Assembly (NCBI RefSeq): GCF_018350175.1
Contig: NC_058381.1
Span: forward strand, 868,001-932,000
DNA: 64,000 bases
DNA from: Felis catus
Taxonomy: Eukaryota
Direction: 5' to 3'
The position numbers and the translations under genes are program-made. This document shows positions 61,016-64,000 of the stretch, in pieces. Under the pieces are notes generated by a model, which made no database searches, was not told the origin of the DNA, and was given only the letters and a program-made list of their open reading frames with translations. The stretch's first letter is position 1, and the number at the start of each line of letters is the position of its first letter.

Positions 61016-64000
61016 TTCAGACACTGCCTCTGTGTCCCCACGCTCGGCACCCACACTCTGGACCCTGGAAGATCCTGGGGGCGGGGAAAGACCAGGGTAC
61101 ACCTCCCGGTCCTCCTGCGACAAGGCCGCCTCCCGTCTCCAGTGGGGCATCCAAACCCCGCCCTTTGGAAAGCCCTCTCCCACTTTCTGGAGACCCCAGG
61201 GCAGCCCGGCCCGCGCCCCTCTCGGGTCCCTTGCTGCCGACCTCACCGCCCCCCCCCCTCTCTGGCGGGGTCTCCGCCGGTGGGTACCTTGTGGCTCTGC
61301 CCTTCACTGCGACACGGCTGGGTGACCCCACCCACTCCTCTCTGCTAGGGGGGTTGCACGCACCAGGTGCTGCTGTGCTAAGTCCTTTTATGATGAACTC
61401 TCTGGGCCCCGATGGCAGCCTAGCAGATGGGGAAACCGCTGTCCGGAGAGGTTGGGTCGGGCCCCAGTTCCCTCAGTTAGGTGGCGGGATTCCCACTGTC
61501 CGGGACCCGGGTCCAGGCACCCAGCACCCCCTCGGATCCAGTGCGTGGGGAGAGACGGGCGTCAATGAGCCGCATCATCAATAATCCAAGAAAATTATGA
61601 CACCAACATCGTGTCATTTAGAGCTCGTGCCTGAAGGATGAGCTAAGGGAGCCAAGAATGTTTGAGCGTGTGGGGGGGAGGGGTGGGGACCAGCGCCCGC
61701 GGTCGGTCGCCCGGCTCACACACAGACGTGCAACCGAAACTGGTTTCCGGAAACAATGCTGGGCTCTGTGTGACCTGCTTTGATTTGTTAATTTGCTACT
61801 TTGTCGTTTAAGAACGCCACTGGCAGCTGGCGACGGGGCTCCTGGGCTCTGCTCCCCTTCGCCGGTTCCCGGAGCTGGATCATTGCCGGCTCAGGACAGT
61901 TGTGTGTGTTGGTCATATTTAGGAGGTTTAATTCACGCCCTTTTCCGGTGAAAGACAGGGGGGAGCAAGCGTGGTGATTCTTAGGAAAACTACGCCACAC
62001 GGGTGGGAGAGACTCGGTGCAGGAGAAACACCTAGAAACAGTCTCTCGGGCTAGACCCGCTCTCGTCACACCTGTCCGAGCGGGTGACAGTGCCCCGCGT
62101 GTCCCGGGCGTCAGAGGACAGCTCACACTGGTCCAGCACTTAGCTCGCACGCCGGGCACGTTTCCTGTCTTCACCCTTCCTTCCTCAGCCCTCCAGTCTG
62201 AAGTCGGGGCTATTTCCGTCCCCGTTACAGACGACACAGACCCACAAGGGTGAAGTGTCTGCTGGGGACAGAGAGACAGTCAGCGCTGGAACCGAAGCCC
62301 TTGGATGTCTGGCTTTAAAGCCTGAATGCTTAACCCTGGGACACGTGACCTCCCGGAGGCTCCGGAGAGCCTGGGTGACCGCCGACCAGACCCTCCCCTT
62401 CCCTGCCCTCGGGGGCTCGGAACAACTCCCAGCAGCCCGGGTGCTGGAGTGCGGTCGCCATGGCGACGAGGGAAGAAGGAAGAAACGTTTTTCTTCTGAA
62501 TGAGGAGGCTCCCTCTTGCCTTGCAGGGGGTTGGTGGGGAGAGGGGGTGGGAGGGGGAGGATGTGCTGAGGGGAGCAGGCTCCTGGTGCAGGGGTGGCGG
62601 GGACAGGGGTTCCTGCACCTCCCTGTAAGGAGAGAACGCTGTCAGTTGTCCCAGGCGGAGGCTTTCTGGGGTCCAGCCCCACCCTGGCCTCTGTTGGGGA
62701 GGAGGGTGGATGCTGAGGGGGAGCTCCAGCCTGCCCTGTCGTGGGGGCTCCCCCGTCCTGGGGGCTCCCCTGTCCTGGCGGCTTCCCCTTCCGACAGCAG
62801 AAATTCTACCCGCTTCCTTGGCCTATGGAATGGCCAGTGCAAACTCCCAGGAATGTGACCTGCGGCGGTGGGGGACAGGGCGCCCCACATGAGCTGGGGG
62901 CAGGTGGTGCTTTCGCTGAGAAACCAGGGGATGACAGAGTGCAGGGATGAGGCGTTCCCACAGAGGGGTCCGCGAAGGCTGGTGTTGGGAGGCCAGAGAA
63001 CAGGACAGAGGAGGCCAGGGTGACTCCAGAGGGTGCCCTCCCCCCCCCCCCGCCACCCCTCCCTATAGTGGCCGGAGGCAGGGGCCGCCCCACCATGCAG
63101 CCTAGGAGGTTGGGGCGCCTCCTGAGGGCAGTGGAAAGCCACTGCTGGATTTTCAGAGGGGGTGGGGTTAGAGTTGCCTGTAAATGAAGTCCATTAGGAG
63201 GTTAGTTTGGGGGACAAGGGGTGGCTGGGGGGCCCCGTCTGGAAGCTGTGGCCTGAGCCCCTCCCGGCTCGATTGATTTTCTGGCATCAGCCTCATCAAC
63301 CTCCCTCACCCCCGCCCCTGCCCACAAGGGGCCAGATCTCTCAGCTCCTCCCCAGCCACCAGTGATTTCTACCCTCCACACTCGGAGCCGTCGTCAGTGG
63401 GACATGAGGAGACCCGTTTCTTATCACTGGCAGGAAAGTGCCGGACGTTAAGTCTAGTATCACAAGTACTTAGAATGCAAACACCCACGTAACCGTCGGG
63501 AGGAAGAAACAGCATGCCAGGACCCCGGAAGCGCGGCCCCCACCCCACCCGGCGCGGCCCCCCTCCCCCTCTCTGGACTTTTCTGGGAATCGATGTTACT
63601 TTTCTTCGTAGTAGTCGTAGCACCTAGTATACATCCTGCTCCCCGTGCACGCAGACCCCTCCAGGCTGTTGTGTGGCTAGAGCAGGACGGAACAGAGGGG
63701 AAGGACCCCTGCACCCTCACCCCACCCCCACCCCCCAGAGAAGGACGGGTCTGGGCCCTTGGAGGACTGAGCACCCAGGGAGGGGTCCTGGAGAGGTCTG
63801 ATCCAGCCGCCCCCGTCTGGGTTTGGGGGCTCAGGCTCAGCCCCCCTCTGTGCCAATGGCTCCTCACGGGAGACTTCCAGGGTGCTGGGTGTGGGGTCCC
63901 ACTTACTGCTCCAGGGAGACTTCTCAACTTCCTGGGGAGGAAGGTGGGAGAGGTGGCTTTTCCCATTTCAGTTTGGAAAATGAATGGAGTTAGGAGTTGT

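Noticed and set aside
61016-64000. Start of AIPL1 (recalled neighbour by human synteny) or a photoreceptor enhancer (TAATCC at 61582)
   Set aside because: No AIPL1 coding sequence is recognisable in the window, and a single CRX-like hexamer is not enough evidence.

Overview
This is GC-rich mammalian genomic DNA. The carnivore tRNA-derived Can-SINEs of SINEC_Fc type point to a cat or other felid, in the region orthologous to human 17p13. The + strand carries coding exons 2-20 of PITPNM3 (Nir1/RdgB-alpha3; FFAT, DDHD and LNS2 domains) from 1021 to the stop at 52111, with a ~3.7-kb 3' UTR; exon 1 lies upstream of the window. The - strand carries the whole convergent PIMREG (FAM64A) gene (241 aa), with a G2/M-type CpG-island promoter (3 CCAAT boxes, CHR, E2F-like site). 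I traced exon boundaries and phases by hand; comparisons to human proteins and repeat consensus sequences are from memory, not database searches. Main observations: (1) a +1/-1 compensating frameshift pair across PITPNM3 exons 15/16 with a stop-free 68-codon alternative frame, plus a third 1-nt anomaly at the exon 17 donor, most likely local assembly errors but easy to test; (2) a 61-bp tandem duplication of the exon 3 end and its splice donor; (3) a 53-bp intronic minisatellite built from GGGTCA half-sites in DR0/DR5/DR1 spacing; (4) interleaved opposite-strand poly(A) signals between the two genes; (5) a promoter-like CpG patch with an NRF1 site and a G-rich VNTR inside the PITPNM3 3' UTR; (6) signs of AT-to-GC drift in old repeats. 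I found no convincing novel multi-gene system; most ORFs in the track are GC-rich noise.
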